Source: Chiloscyllium plagiosum
Lineage: Eukaryota
DNA length: 37,971 bases
Assembly: GCF_004010195.1 (NCBI RefSeq)
Contig: NC_057752.1
Span: 9,495,323-9,533,293, forward strand
Reading direction: 5' to 3'
Positions 25,045 through 36,486 of the stretch are shown piece after piece (positions within the stretch are counted from its first letter, which is position 1; every line of letters begins with the position of its first letter). The notes below the pieces were generated by a model, which saw nothing but the letters and a program-made list of their open reading frames with translations, was not told the origin of the DNA and made no database searches. The position numbers were made by a program, and so were the translations under genes.

Positions 25045-25320
25045 TTAGAGGGGGTAAATTCAGAACAGAAATGCGGAGACATTTCTTCAGCCAGAGAGTA
25101 GTGGGCCTGTGGAATTCATTGCCGCAGAGTGCAGTGGAGGCCGGGATGCTAAATGTCTTCAAGGCAGAGATTGATAAATTCTTGATGTAACAAGGAATTA
25201 AGGGCTACGGGGAGAATGCGGGTAAGTGGAGTTGAAATGCCCATCAGCCATGATTGAATGGTGGAGTGGACTTGATGGGCTGAATGGCCTTACTTCCACT
25301 CCTATGTCTTATGGTCTTAT
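25045..25320 (+). mobile_element. CR1 3'-end fragment
   Basis: FRTEMRRHFFSQRVVGLWNSLP…FKAEIDKFL…GIKGYG and a (TCTTATGG) tail. Confidence 0.85.
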
Positions 25321-25610
25321 TAAGTTACTTCACCTAGATTTGAGCATTTTATTTTGGGGGTGGGGTAGAGAAAGCAATATTTTTGGCATCCCTTGTCCTT
25401 AAATATCCTGAACACTGCATTTTTTTTTTATGTTTCAATTCCGCTTTTATGTCCTCTAGTAAAACAAAATTGCGTCCCACATCACACCATGCCGTACGTT
25501 TTTGAACGTTGTCAGTTATCGCTGGAGCGGTGTCTGCAAACCTTAAATTCATGCTAATGTATTCTCTTTCTTTCTTTCTTTCTTTTCTCTCTTTCTTTCC
25601 TTCCTCTCAG

Positions 25611-25741
25611 TCTCCTGATGAGAAAAGACTTGAAGGCCTGTCAAAACAGCTTGACTGGGATGTCCGCAAAATTCAGCGTTGGTTTCGACATCGAAGGAAT
25701 CAAGATAAACCAAGTACCCTCACAAAATTTTGTGAGAGCAT
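25611..25741 (+). CDS. CERS5: Ceramide synthase exon encoding the Hox-like domain, [43 protein letters not shown](M)
   Basis: Long CT tract ending ctcag at 25610 and AT|gtacgc donor. 131 bp, phase 0 in and phase 2 out. [13 protein letters not shown] and TKFCESM resemble CERS5 more than CERS6 (RSIQ, RQRRNQEKP, TRFCESM). Confidence 0.93.
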
Positions 25742-26559
25742 GTACGCCTTTTTTTCTCTTTTTTTTTTTNNNNNNNNNNNNNNNNTTTTTTTTTTTCCTT
25801 CCCCCCCCCCCCCCCCTCTCTCTTAACTGTTGTTGAGTCTTCAATTGAATTCCATTAAACTTAGTTAAGGCCTATTGTGCGATATTCCTGCTACTGTAAT
25901 TGCAGTTTCGGTTCATACGGGTGAGCATTCATGCATTTCTGAAAACAAGTCTTGTAGACAACTGATAATCTTCATGTAAACCCTTTGTTCTGTCCTCCTT
26001 TAACTGTGCTAGTTAGTACTTTACCTGGGGGGGGGAAAATAAAAGTCTATGCAATTTGTGCTTCTGATTTCCTTCCCAAACTACTTCTGAAAAGATCTGC
26101 ATTGTAGGCTTTGCAAAAGAAAGCCACCAATTGAAGGATGAAGATGCAAATGAAATGGTGGTGCCTTTCCTAATATTCTTTCCTTAGAACATCCAGATTA
26201 TTTCCAAGATTTCTCTAAAAGAATAGTGGATGTTGTTGGCATGTGATGCACATTTATTATTTTGTATGTTTCTTTTTAATGTATAATCTTCCACCACACC
26301 TACATCCAGAAATTGGAATGGAGTTGGCCCATAATTGGGGCAACTGGTTTACGGTGACTGAACAAGTGAAATTTTTTTTCTTTTTTGATTAATTGCACAA
26401 GGAATCATTTTGTAGGCTTGACCCCAATGGTTGAAATGACCGCGAGTGAGCGAAAATGTAGTCGTCATAAGTGTTTGGCAGTTGTCTTGTCTTGATATTT
26501 TAATGCTCCTAATACTGCCAACTCTTGCGTAAGCTTTTCAATCTGCTGGACAGGAAATA

Positions 26560-26780
26560 ATGACACAAGCAGCAGTGACATTGACAGTGCCAAATGCTGG
26601 GCAAGAATGGTAGCAGAGCCCAGGCGCCAATGGCTGATGAGTTAGGGCAGTGGCGGCACAGCATGAATGGCCATGACAGCTGAGTTTAGAACAGCAGTGG
26701 CAAAAAGCACAAATAGCAAAGGCGGCAGAGCATGAGCGGCAATGGCGGCACAGCATGAATGGCAACAATACTACCATGGG
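26560..26780. repeat. Degenerate ~23-bp minisatellite
   Basis: GCA(G/A)TGGCGGCACAGCATGAATGGC-like units at ~26647, 26716 and 26739. Confidence 0.6.
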
Positions 26781-27039
26781 CATTTATAGTTTGCTTATTA
26801 GTTTTGGTGAAAATGACCTAATTTCCTCCTGCAAGACCTTTGTATGCCACTAGCACCAAGTTCAGAATCCTGTATGGCCCACTCTATTTTATTTTTGTTT
26901 GCACTGTCTTGTTCAGGAGTGCTTTTGCCCATATTTAATAGCAAGAGTTGTTTTTTGGAGCAAATGTATTCTTGCTAATCAATATCAGTATAGCTCTGTC
27001 CCTTTAGTTTGATTTGATAAGTTTAACATTTGTCACATG

Positions 27040-27540
27040 GCACAAGAGGAGGCCTTTCAGCCCACAGTTCCTGTACCAACTTTTTTTGACTTTTGAGAAT
27101 TATCCAATTAGTCTTGCTTCCCTAGTCAGTCTCTCTCTATAGCCTTGCAAATTCTTCTGAGTCGTCACTGACTTTCTGACTCCTGACTTTCTGAATCTAC
27201 TAGCACCGCCCTTTCAGGTAGTCTGCTCCAGATAATAACTTGCTATGTTGATGGAAAAGAAACATTTCTTCACAATGCTGCACTTTTGCTAGTTACCTTT
27301 TTAAATCTGTGTCCTCTGGTTACTAACTGCCTGGCTAGTGGCAACAGTTTCTCTTTTAACTTGCTCTGTCAATAGCCTTCTGGGTTTTTAACACCTCCAT
27401 CAAATCTCTCCTCTCCTTCCTGTTTTCTGCTCCCAAGGGAACTTTTTCTTTAAAAAAAAAGGTGTCCCTACAGAACTGAAATCCTGCATCTCTTCTACTG
27501 AAAAGTGTTTGATGTCTGGAAGCAGACTGACTGACAGTTT
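27040..27540 (-). mobile_element. Degenerate CR1 3' fragment
   Basis: Minus-strand ENRKERRDLMEVLKTQKAIDR resembles CR1 RRLRGDLIEVFKIMKGFD. Confidence 0.5.
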
Positions 27541-30500
27541 CTTCTCTGTTCCCACCTCCCGTCCTCCTGTAAAAATGGAGGGTGAATCCAGAGTGTAGCT
27601 TGTGCCATTGTATCCTCCCATTTGTCTGGGTGCAGGGAGGAAACAGCAAAAAACTGCGCTAATGGGTGAGTGAGGGAAACCTGTGAGTATTATCAAGTTA
27701 CTCTTATCAATGTAGTTGCTGATTATAGACCAGAAAAGTGAGGAAGAGAAAGTGCAGCATTCTTTTGGGGAAAGTCTTGGACTGCCATGAGCCTTACAGA
27801 GCCACAAACCAAATGTTGTTGTTCCTTTGTGTTCAGCTTTTTCATATTGCTACCTGCAATTGTAGCCCCTGGAAGTGGGATTCTTGAACTTTGATAGTCT
27901 GGTATTCTCGCTGCTGTGGAGCTTTATTTTGGAGCCCATTGATTTGATCACAAACTGAACAATAATAATTTTGGAGGTCAAACAGCAGTCTGTATCTGTC
28001 TCAAAATGGAAAATCTTAGGATTGTTTTTCCTGATCTGAATCAGAGTTGTGATTGATAGAGTGTAATTACCTGTGTTATCTGTGCTTTGCAGGGAGAATG
28101 AAATTAACTAGGGTACCGCTCCTGAATTGCTGTTCAACACCTATTCCTGTGTGTGGCTGTGGTTGCATATAGGCTGCAGTTTGGATTCATGTCCTCTCTC
28201 TAGTCACGATAGCCTGCTGGTGCTTGCTGCCTCAACTCATGCAAAGAATGACCAAGACCACTGATTTATTGGATGCACAGAAGTGGGCAGTGTGATTTCC
28301 AAAATGTCACTGGAAATCCTGGAGGTTCATGTCAAAAACATTGGGAATTTGCTTACTCAGTCACTGTAAACCAATGGCCCCAATTTGTAATCCATCGAGA
28401 TTGGATTCCCCCCCCCCCCCAACCACCAAGAGTAGCCAAACCCACAAGGGAATGGATTTGATTTGCTTGTTGCATAAATCAGTGGCCTTGATTTTAGGCC
28501 ACTTGGGCACCCACTGAGCTGTACTCCAATGGAAAAAGGTAATAGCCCCATGAAAGATGGAAAGAATTGAGTTTGTGGCCCAGTGTTTTCTATGGTAGTC
28601 CAAGGCTTTCTGAAAGGAACTTCCCAACTTCCTGTGCTTTCCTTGATCAACAGACGAGCATGTGGTGAGAGCACAAATTCACGCTCAGCAAATGACTTTT
28701 ACTGTCGCCTGTCTGCAATCAGATAATTTTGAGTTTTTCACTTTCATTTGGTTTAGAAGAGGATAAAAATATCTAAGTTCTGGGGTAGAATATAAACACA
28801 TTACTGATAATTGAGAGACCATTGCAAACTTCACTTGCTGCACTGTCTACTAAGACATTGACCAACACAAATCTTCATTGCTTGTTTAATTTCTCGCTGT
28901 GTTTCTGGGATCCTGGCCAGCTCTGAAATGCTGTACCAGTTCTTGTCATTGGTTTTTGGAGTTGTATTTGATGTGGGCTGTCCCAGATAAATTCTATTGG
29001 GGTTTGTGGTCTAATCTGTCCAGGGAAACCATTTCTCTTCGTGTCCAAGTGTTACCCTTAACAGTGTATGTTGCACTTCCCCAATATGGTGTTGAGAGCT
29101 GTTGAGGGGAATATGAGACTGTAATGGGATAGTGGGTTGACCTTGCTGTTAACCTGTTGAGTTTTGTAGCGCTTCGAAAGTCAAACACTTTTTTTTAAAT
29201 GTGAAGTTATTTGTTTAGAAATGCTCACAGATTTGCAGGGACCTTATGAAGCAGCACTCTAGGAAGTTGTCTAAGGTTCTGGGCAGAGAACCGCAGCAGG
29301 TACTGTTTTGTGATCTCGTTCTTTCCTCCTAAGAAACAGAATGTCCTGATTTTTGTATTATTCGTAGATGAAGTTTTGCGCTTCTAACAGAATAGCCTTG
29401 TCCTCTCCAGGATGTGTCCCCTCTGCTTTTACCTTTTTGTGTGTGTGGGAATTCACACGTCCTGATCAGTGTTCAGCATACTGTGCCAAAGGCTGCTTCA
29501 TTTAATTCACAGAATCTGGGATGTTCTTGTCATTCTTGAAATATACAATCTGTATTCAGTTTAAAAAAAGACACCAGTCTTCAAAAAAAAAAGTAATTTC
29601 ACTAAACAGGTCATGAGTCTCTGCAGAATCGAACAGCTTATTTTGCTGATTGTATTGCTACTTTTATATCGTTGTGGCGAGAGACTGATCATTTACAAAT
29701 TGATAGGAAAATGTTCGGATTGTCTCTTCTGCAAATACTAGAGCAGTAAATGTCCAGGGAATGATAGGGATCTTTTAAAGGCAGGCTAATATTCAGATGT
29801 GTTCACTTGCGCTCTTTAAAGTGAGGTCAACACTGAAGTGGTTTGGCATTTTTATTTGCCAGTTAATTTTTATACAAACACAACGCTTGCCTCCCTGAAT
29901 GGCAGCTGAACTTTGCATTCCAAACACCTAAATTCACCTCCACAGTGAGAGGCAGTAAACCAAGGTGCTTTACATTTTTAAAAATCAAAAATGAGCCTAT
30001 TTACATTATCTAGCATCCAATTGTATTTTGCTTTTGCCTAGGTGATTTGTTAATTTAGCTCCCTTTTTTTTATTGTTGGACTGCGTAAATGCCTCCCTCC
30101 ACCCATGAATCATCAGTGTTTGGAGTCTTCAAGTCTGCCTTTTTTGACTTTGCTTAAACTCCAAGTAGAAATTTTCGAGGGTGTGAAGCCTTTTAATGTA
30201 ATTCACATGCATGTTTGAGCTATTTGTGAATTAGGCCCACTCTGCAGTGTTCATTGTGGATTACAAATGTGGAATAGATGCACTTGAGTGCTTGTAGATT
30301 ACAGGGATAGGAAAGCTGCAAAGTACGTGATCATGAAGTAATTGCAGCACTGAGGGATGCTGATGAATGACTCCTAATAGTCACTTCAGTTGTTAACAAC
30401 ACTGGCTGTGTGACTGGTTAAAGACTAGCATTAAAAGCTTCTGTATTAACGGACTTTTTGTTGGTGGCCTGCAATATAGAAAGATTTATGCTGCGTGCCC

Positions 30501-30913
30501 ACTTGTTCTGGAAGAATAAACTAAGCTTTGCTGTTTTTCTCCAAGTATTTTCCCCAATGGTTGAGCCCCAGCTATATATTTTAATCTGGGAGGCTTGTGG
30601 CCAAAGGCCCTTCACCTGAGGAGTCATTTGAACATAACTGATCTATGAGGCACAAGAGCAAAGGCTGAAGCAAACTGACCAAATTTCTGGGCTGTTCTTG
30701 TGAAGTTCTTATCATGCAAGGAGTAGATTAGGGTAGGGGAAAAGTTTTTTTTTTCTCTCTCTCCTCCCTCTCTTTGAAAACCTTTTTTTATTTTTAAAAA
30801 AAGAAATTTTTTGGAGTCCAGATTGGTCAACGTGAGCTCCTTTTTTTTTAGACTTGATGGGGATAAAGCCCCCACCCCCTCATTTTCTGATTTCAAGTGT
30901 TTTGTGTTTGCAG

Positions 30914-30971
30914 GTGGAGACTTGTATTTTATTTCTATATATTCTTCTATGGAGTGAGATTTCTATGGAAG
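30914..30971 (+). CDS. CERS5: Ceramide synthase exon at the start of the TLC domain, (M)WRLVFYFYIFFYGVRFLWK
   Basis: ttgcag acceptor (ends 30913) and AAG|gtaagt donor. 58 bp. Its first G completes the ATG split from the previous exon, giving the conserved FCESMWR motif. Confidence 0.92.
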
Positions 30972-31274
30972 GTAAGTGCTGTTATGTGTGTGTGTCTATA
31001 AATCTGCACCACCCTGCCCCAAAGGGAAGAAAACATTTTTTAATTTTTTAATCTTGATTAAAAGAAAAAGAATCATAGGATATCCTCCTTAGAGGAGCAA
31101 TGGTCCGACAAAGTTACTGATGTGCAGTATAGGGGGCATTCTGCAATAAGTTACGATTGTGTTCTGTTGCTTACCAATGTAACTCTAATAGAGTAAATTT
31201 ACTTATGCTTTGCAGATATAGTTGAGGGGGAGTGGTGGAAGATGTGTACTGTTTACTTGCCAATCAAAGTAAAG

Positions 31275-31600
31275 AAAAATCTTGCATCTATCACTACGTC
31301 AGAACAGCCAGTGAAATGTGTGAAGTTTCATCACCTGAGACATTGGGAAAGATGATGACCAGTTTACACACAGCAAACTCTCTCCAACAAAGAATCTTTG
31401 TATAATGATGTAGTTTCTGCGGTCAGGACAATTAGGGAGCTCCTCTGCCGATTGACTAGTGTAAGAGGATCTTTTACCTGCACCTGAGAGGAAAGCAGAA
31501 TTTCAGCTTAGTGTTTGGAATGTTTGTCAAGATATTAATGTTTTTGAGTGTGGTTTGACTCGATGACATCCTAAATGAGTAGGGGGCACTAACACTCAAC
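31275..31600 (-). mobile_element. Second DeuSINE-like remnant
   Basis: Shares cacacagcaaac and ggatcttttacctgcacctgagag with 22500-22860. Confidence 0.55.
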
Positions 31601-32169
31601 CAAGGCCAAAACATAGTTTAAACTGGGCAAGAAGCATTTTAATAAGTGTCAAATGAAGTTGTTCAAGGGAGCACTTGATGGGAACTGTGGTGATGCAGTG
31701 ACAAACTGCCAGCTTCTATCATGTTTGAATAGTACAGTTTATATCCAGAGCGCTTATGTTGCAGGGGGTCACATCCCTGCTTTTCAGTCCACAGTTACTA
31801 ATGCCCTCTTAGGGTATGGTGCCTAAAAAGAGCAAGTACAGTTGTTTGTTGCATTTTAAGTTATTCCTTTTTCTCCTTTTTAATAAAACTCACATTTTAA
31901 AAAAAATTTTAGGGTTGGAGCTGGTTATCTTTCAGTTCTTTGAACTAAATGACTCCCAACGTTTTATGGCAGTTGTTTCTGCGTGTTTAAAATGCCTCCT
32001 CTATCAAGGTTTATTGGCTTACACTTCATACCAGTCTACTATATCATGGCTAGAATCATAAAACTCAAATGTGTGGAAGGTTGTGGGGTAAAGTCCACAT
32101 CCCATGACCCGGGGTGCTGCATTTCAAAACCGCGAGAGATGTTTTAACAGATGAATCCGGAACAAGAGT

Positions 32170-32520
32170 CCCTCGTGCCTGCTCCGCCATTTAATAAGAT
32201 CATGACTGCTCTAATTACTCCATATTCTTGCAAACCCAATTAGTTTTCCATCTCTTGCTTATCAAGAATCTACCCACCTCTGTTTTTTTTAATATAAAGA
32301 ATGTCAAGACGCTCATCCTCAAAAGGCAAAGGGGGAAGTTCTGTCTTAAATGCCTGACCCATTTTTAGAAACCGTAACCCCTACTTCTAGATTCTCCCAC
32401 AACCATCCTCCCCACATTTGCCCTGTCCAGATCTCTCAGGATCTTGTGTGTTTCAATCAAGTCACCTCTCCATCTTCTAAATTCCTAGTGAATACAATCC
32501 AAGCCTGTCTAATCTTTCCA
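32170..32520 (-). mobile_element. Degenerate CR1 3' fragment
   Basis: cctgctccgccatttaataagatcatgactg matches the CR1 3' end at 12790-12830. Confidence 0.5.
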
Positions 32521-32804
32521 CATAAATATTCACTAGTACTTTATTCTCCTCCTACATTTACACTATAGTGCAAATACATTTTAGTCACTCTTTATGGCTG
32601 CGTTATCCTGCCCAGCAGTGTATACATGACTGCCAATGTAGTTCCCATGGGCAGCTGTTTCTAATGGGCTTCCTGCTGCGAGCACAGTGTGCCTTGCTGT
32701 CTGTGCCAATTGGGTTTGTGTAGAAAAACATTGAATGAATGAAAAACAAACCTAAAGACCCCACCTACACACCCCTCTACAGAGGCTGGTATCCCGTCAC
32801 CAAA

Positions 32805-33718
32805 TTTGATAAGGTGCCCCATGGTAGGCTCATTGAGAAGGTCAGGAGGAATGGGATACAGGGGAACTTAGCTGTCTGGATACAGAATTGGCTGGCCAAC
32901 AGAAGACAGCGAGTGATAGTAGAAGGAAAATATTCTGCCTGGAAGTCCGTGGTGAGTGGTGTTCCACAGGGCTCTGTCCTTGGTCCTCTACTGTTTGTAA
33001 TTTTTATTAATGACTTGGATGAGGGCATTGANNNNNNNNNNNNNNNNNNNNNNNNNNNNNNNNNNNNNNNNNNNNNNNNNNNNNNNNNNNNNNNNNNNNN
33101 NNNNNNNNNNNNNNNNNNNNNNNNNNNNNNNNNNNNNNNNNNNNNNNNNNNNNNNNNNNNNNNNNNNNNNNNNNNNNNNNNNNNNNNNNNNNNNNNNNNN
33201 NNNNNNNNNNNNNNNNNNNNNNNNNNNNNNNNNNNNNNNNNNNNNNNNNNNNNNNNNNNNNNNNNNNNNNNNNNNNNNNNNNNNNNNNNNNNNNNNNNNN
33301 NNNNNNNNNNNNNNNNNNNNNNNNNNNNNNNNNNNNNNNNNNNNNNNNNNNNNNNNNNNNNNNNNNNNNNNNNNNNNNNNNNNNNNNNNNNNNNNNNNNN
33401 NNNNNNGCATAGATAGAGTCGATAGCCAGAGACTATTTCCCAGGGCAGAAATGACTAACACGAGGGGTTATAGTTTTCAGCTGGTTGGAGGAAAGTATAG
33501 AGGGGATGTCAGAGGCGGGTTCTTTACACAGTTGAGAGAGCATGGAATGCGCTGCCAGCAGCAGTTGTGGAAGCAAGGGCATTGGGGACATTTAAGAGAC
33601 TGCTGGACATGCATATGGTCACAGAAATTTGAGGGTGCATACATGAGGATCAGTGGTTGGCACAACATCGTGGAGTGAAGGGCCTGTTCTGTGCTGTACT
33701 GTACTGTTCTATGTTCTA
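32805..33718 (+). mobile_element. 5'-truncated CR1 LINE (RT C-terminus and 3' end) with an assembly gap, inserted in the LTR
   Basis: FDKVPHGRL...[22 protein letters not shown], then IDRVDSQRLFP...RGGFFTQ. Ends in a (TTCTATG)-like tail. N run at 33032-33406. Confidence 0.9.
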
Positions 33719-34025
33719 AATCGCCCTTTATTTACATGTGGAGAGTCCTTGACACTGATCCAGCTCTGTGAACAGAACCGCTGACACTCCTGTTCTTTTT
33801 TGTTAACCCAAAAAAAAAACATTTTTAAAAGTCTACCTGAAACAAGGGGGAGAGAAAAAGAAAACTCTCCTCCTTAGTAGGAAACCCAACAGCAGTAATA
33901 ACATACTGACTATATGGTCCAGGCAGTTCAGAGGTCAGTCCCCTCTCTCAAAATGAAGAGTCTTTTACCATTGTTCCAGCTCCCTCAGAGGCACCTCTGA
34001 GTGAACAGAACCTCTGACACTCCTG

Positions 34026-34193
34026 TTTTTTTTCTATTTTTTTCAAAATCTTCCCCCATACCACTGCCTAAGTGCGGTAGTGCTTATTTTTCCCCAGCAC
34101 CCATGTCATGTGTGTGCAGGTGTCAGACACGGCGAAGAACAAGAAGTGTGCAAATCTTCCTTTCTTCCTAGTGGTGGAATATAAATAAAGATA
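34026..34193 (-). mobile_element. Diverged Tx1 3'UTR fragment with a 5' inversion
   Basis: 34026-34158 is antisense 3'UTR. 34159-34192 (cctttcttcctagtggtggaatataaataaagat) is the adjacent upstream UTR segment in the opposite orientation. Confidence 0.75.
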
Positions 34194-34231
34194 CTTTTTT
34201 TTACACCTGAGTGGCCAGTGATATATTCCTG

Positions 34232-35557
34232 TTTTTTTTTCCCCTTTATTAACCCCCACACTACTGCCTAAGTGCGGTAGTGCTTATTTTTCCCCAGCAC
34301 CCATGGTGTGTGTGCAGGTGTGATACACAGTGAGAGACACAAGGTGTATGAATCTTTATTCAAATTCCACCACCAGGAAGATAGGAAAACACCCGGGTGG
34401 CCAGTGACAAACACTCCCCTTCACATCAAAGGGCAGTGCTGTGTGATCAAACAGCGAAGGGGAGGGTAGGGACTAAATGTGGGCGGCACGGTGGCGCAGT
34501 GGTTAGCACTGCTGCCTCACAGCGCCTGAGACCCGGGTTCAATTCCCGCCTCAGGCGACTGACTGTGTGGAGTTTGCACGTTCTCCCCGTGTCTGCGTGG
34601 GTTTCCTCCGGGTGCTCCGGTTTCCTCCCACAGTCCAAAGATGTGCAGGTAAGGTGAATTGGCCATGCTAAATTGCCCGTAGTGTTAGGTAAGGGGTAAA
34701 TGTAGGGGTATGGGTGGGTTTCGCTTCGGCGGGTCGGTGTGGACTTGTTGGGCCGAAGGGCCTGTTTCCACACTGTAATGTAATCTTTGTAATCTAATCT
34801 AAATCAAAATAGAGTTGGAGGGAGAAATGATGCACTCCACTCCCTGTGGCGCCCACCTCTCCATGAACAACTCCAGGGTGTTGGTCGACACCGTGTGCTC
34901 CTTCTCCAAGGACACCCGGGCCCTAACGTAACCGCAGAAGAGGGGCAGGCAGTCGGCCCTAATGGCCCCCTCCACGGCCCGCTGCCTCGACCTGTTGATG
35001 GCCAGTTTGGCCAGGCCCAGGAGCAGACCCACGAGGAGGTCTTCAGACCTGCCCTCCCTCCTCCGTACCGGGTGCCCAAAGATCAGGAGCGTGGGACTGA
35101 AGTGCAACCAAAAGCAGAGGAGGAGGTTTTTCAAAATCAAAAAGGGAGTGCAAACGCCGACACCCAATATACATGTGGTCCACGGACTCCACAGCGCCAC
35201 AGAACAAGCAGTTGGGCTGGGAGTCCGTGAACCACCGCAATCTGCGGTTGCAGGGGACTGCTGCGTGCAGCACCCTCCACCCCAGATCCCCGAGAGAAAG
35301 GGGGAGGACTCCCGCGTAGAGAGCCCTCCACTGGGGATCCCCACCGCCCGGTGGCAAATGGGCATGCCAAGGCGTGTCCGGACGGTGGATGAGGGAGAAG
35401 AGGTGGACGGTGTGCAGCAGCAGTCTATACAGGGCCCTCCTTTTTACCCCCTGGAAGGGAACAAAATTAAAATTCCGGAGGCGGCTCAGGTTGTGGGGCA
35501 CAGGCTCCCGCGGGAAGTACGGGACCTTGGGGCCAATGTGAAATTCCGTCCAGGCTG
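34232..35557 (-). mobile_element. 5'-truncated Tx1-clade (L1 superfamily) non-LTR retrotransposon: ORF2 C-terminus with zf-RVT, 3'UTR and poly(A), interrupted by a SINE
   Basis: Translation ...DLGWRVLHAAVPCNRRLRWFTDSQPNCLFCGAVESVDHMYIGCRRL..., a frameshift near 35135, then ...LLLGLAKLAINRSRQRAVEG...ERWAPQGVECIISPSNSILI* (stop 34799-34801). The CxxC-H-C knuckle and C-terminus are typical of Tx1 ORF2. Confidence 0.85.
34481..34800 (+). mobile_element. Young full-length tRNA-derived SINE (HE1/V-SINE-like) nested in the Tx1 copy
   Basis: A box GGTGGCGCAGTGG (~34490), B box GGTTCAATTCC (~34536), V-SINE core (gtgtggagtttgcacgttctccccgtgtctgcgtgggtttcctccggg), CpG-rich, (TAATC)n tail. CTAAAT is duplicated on both sides. 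Confidence 0.9.
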
Positions 35558-35571
35558 TAAACTGTTGTACG

Positions 35572-36473
35572 TTTTTTTTTTGACAAGAAGCACAGTCATT
35601 TATTTCTCTGAACAGTTTACACAGTGAGTCAACAGGGAGTGCAAATGACATTCAGTAATTCCAGGCTTAGGGTCTGCGCTGAGTCCTTGCTGAATCTTGG
35701 GATGCATGGAATGAATCCGGTTCCTCTGGAGAAAGGGGAAATTGTTCCAAAGATCTTTGTTCCTTTCCTGCACCTAGGCAGCAAGGAATTATCTGGGCTG
35801 ATTTGGTGACAGTGCATGTGGTGAAGAGCAGAAGCTCCAGCTTCAGGAGATGTTGTTTGTGGGACCTTAATGATGCCGAGGTCTCTAACAGATCAACAAC
35901 ACTGGTGAGAACAAATCTATCCGCTGGCTTCGATCTCCTCTGAATCATATTTGAAGTCCTGAAGAACCTCATTAATTGCCTCAATGGTTTTCCTAATCTG
36001 CTTCAGTTCTCGGGCCTCCTCCTGGTAGGTCTCATTGCCTGGATGGTCCAACATATTCTGCTTGGCAAGTTGTCGCCTGGTTGTCAATTCTAGCTTTTCC
36101 TGTTCCCGTTCCTGAACTCTCGTGATGTGCTCAGAGAGATCTGGGTGATCATACTCCTCATGAAACCGGTCCTTGAGCTGAATCACTTCCTTGGAGATCC
36201 GGTTAAATGCCTGGGTGATTTCGTGCACCAGCTGCCGGTATTTGATAAAGTTATAGTTGGGAGCAGAGCGGAGATACGCCTGATGTCCTAGATCAAAAAG
36301 CCGATAAGCTTCAACACGCTCCTCCTGTAATGCATAAAGGGTCCGCACCAGTGTATTCAGTCCATTTGCAATCATCCTCCATCCAGAGCGCGACTGGCTC
36401 AGGGACTTGCTCCTGTCAGCCGCCTGGTCCTCCTGCGACAGCAACAACTCAGGCCAGGCTGCGTTACTGCAGG
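35572..36473 (-). pseudogene. REX1BD: Processed retrocopy of REX1BD (C19orf60) mRNA: 5'UTR, uninterrupted ORF, 3'UTR, AATAAA and poly(A), flanked by a TSD
   Basis: Intronless ORF with ATG at 36375 and stop ending at 35917. AATAAA on the minus strand at 35599-35604, A10 tail at 35572-35581. Flanked by TAAACTGTTGTAC (35558-35570) and CAAACTGTTGTTC (36474-36486). Confidence 0.85.
35917..36375 (-). CDS. REX1BD: Open 152-aa ORF of the REX1BD retrocopy (required-for-excision 1-B domain protein); expression unknown
   Basis: Motifs LQEERVEAY, GHQAYLRSAPNYNFIKYRQLVHEITQAF, VQEREQEKL and KTIEAINEVLQDFKYD match the REX1B/C19orf60 family as recalled (human GHRQYLRSGPDYDFARYR...KTMEAISEVLQDLRFD). No internal stop. 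Confidence 0.75.
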   Translation of the reverse strand: MIANGLNTLVRTLYALQEERVEAYRLFDLGHQAYLRSAPNYNFIKYRQLVHEITQAFNRISKEVIQLKDRFHEEYDHPDLSEHITRVQEREQEKLELTTRRQLAKQNMLDHPGNETYQEEARELKQIRKTIEAINEVLQDFKYDSEEIEASG

Positions 36474-36486
36474 CAAACTGTTGTTC

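Noticed and set aside
25509..25826. Standalone 105-aa homeobox-like gene
   Set aside because: Only 25611-25741 is coding (CERS exon). The flanks are polypyrimidine tract, poly-T and a gap.
32988..33678. Long ORFs of 157-225 aa
   Set aside because: They are inflated by the N run at 33032-33406; the real content is a CR1 RT fragment.
34481..34555. tRNA gene
   Set aside because: The A and B boxes continue into a SINE body and tail that recur at 6443, 7524 and 14845.
34895..35627. Plus-strand ORFs of 111 and 221 aa
   Set aside because: They are antisense shadows of the GC-rich Tx1 ORF2.
36376..36447. N-terminal extension of the REX1BD ORF in the ORF track
   Set aside because: It begins at a non-ATG codon. 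The first in-frame ATG is at 36375, so this is treated as 5'UTR.
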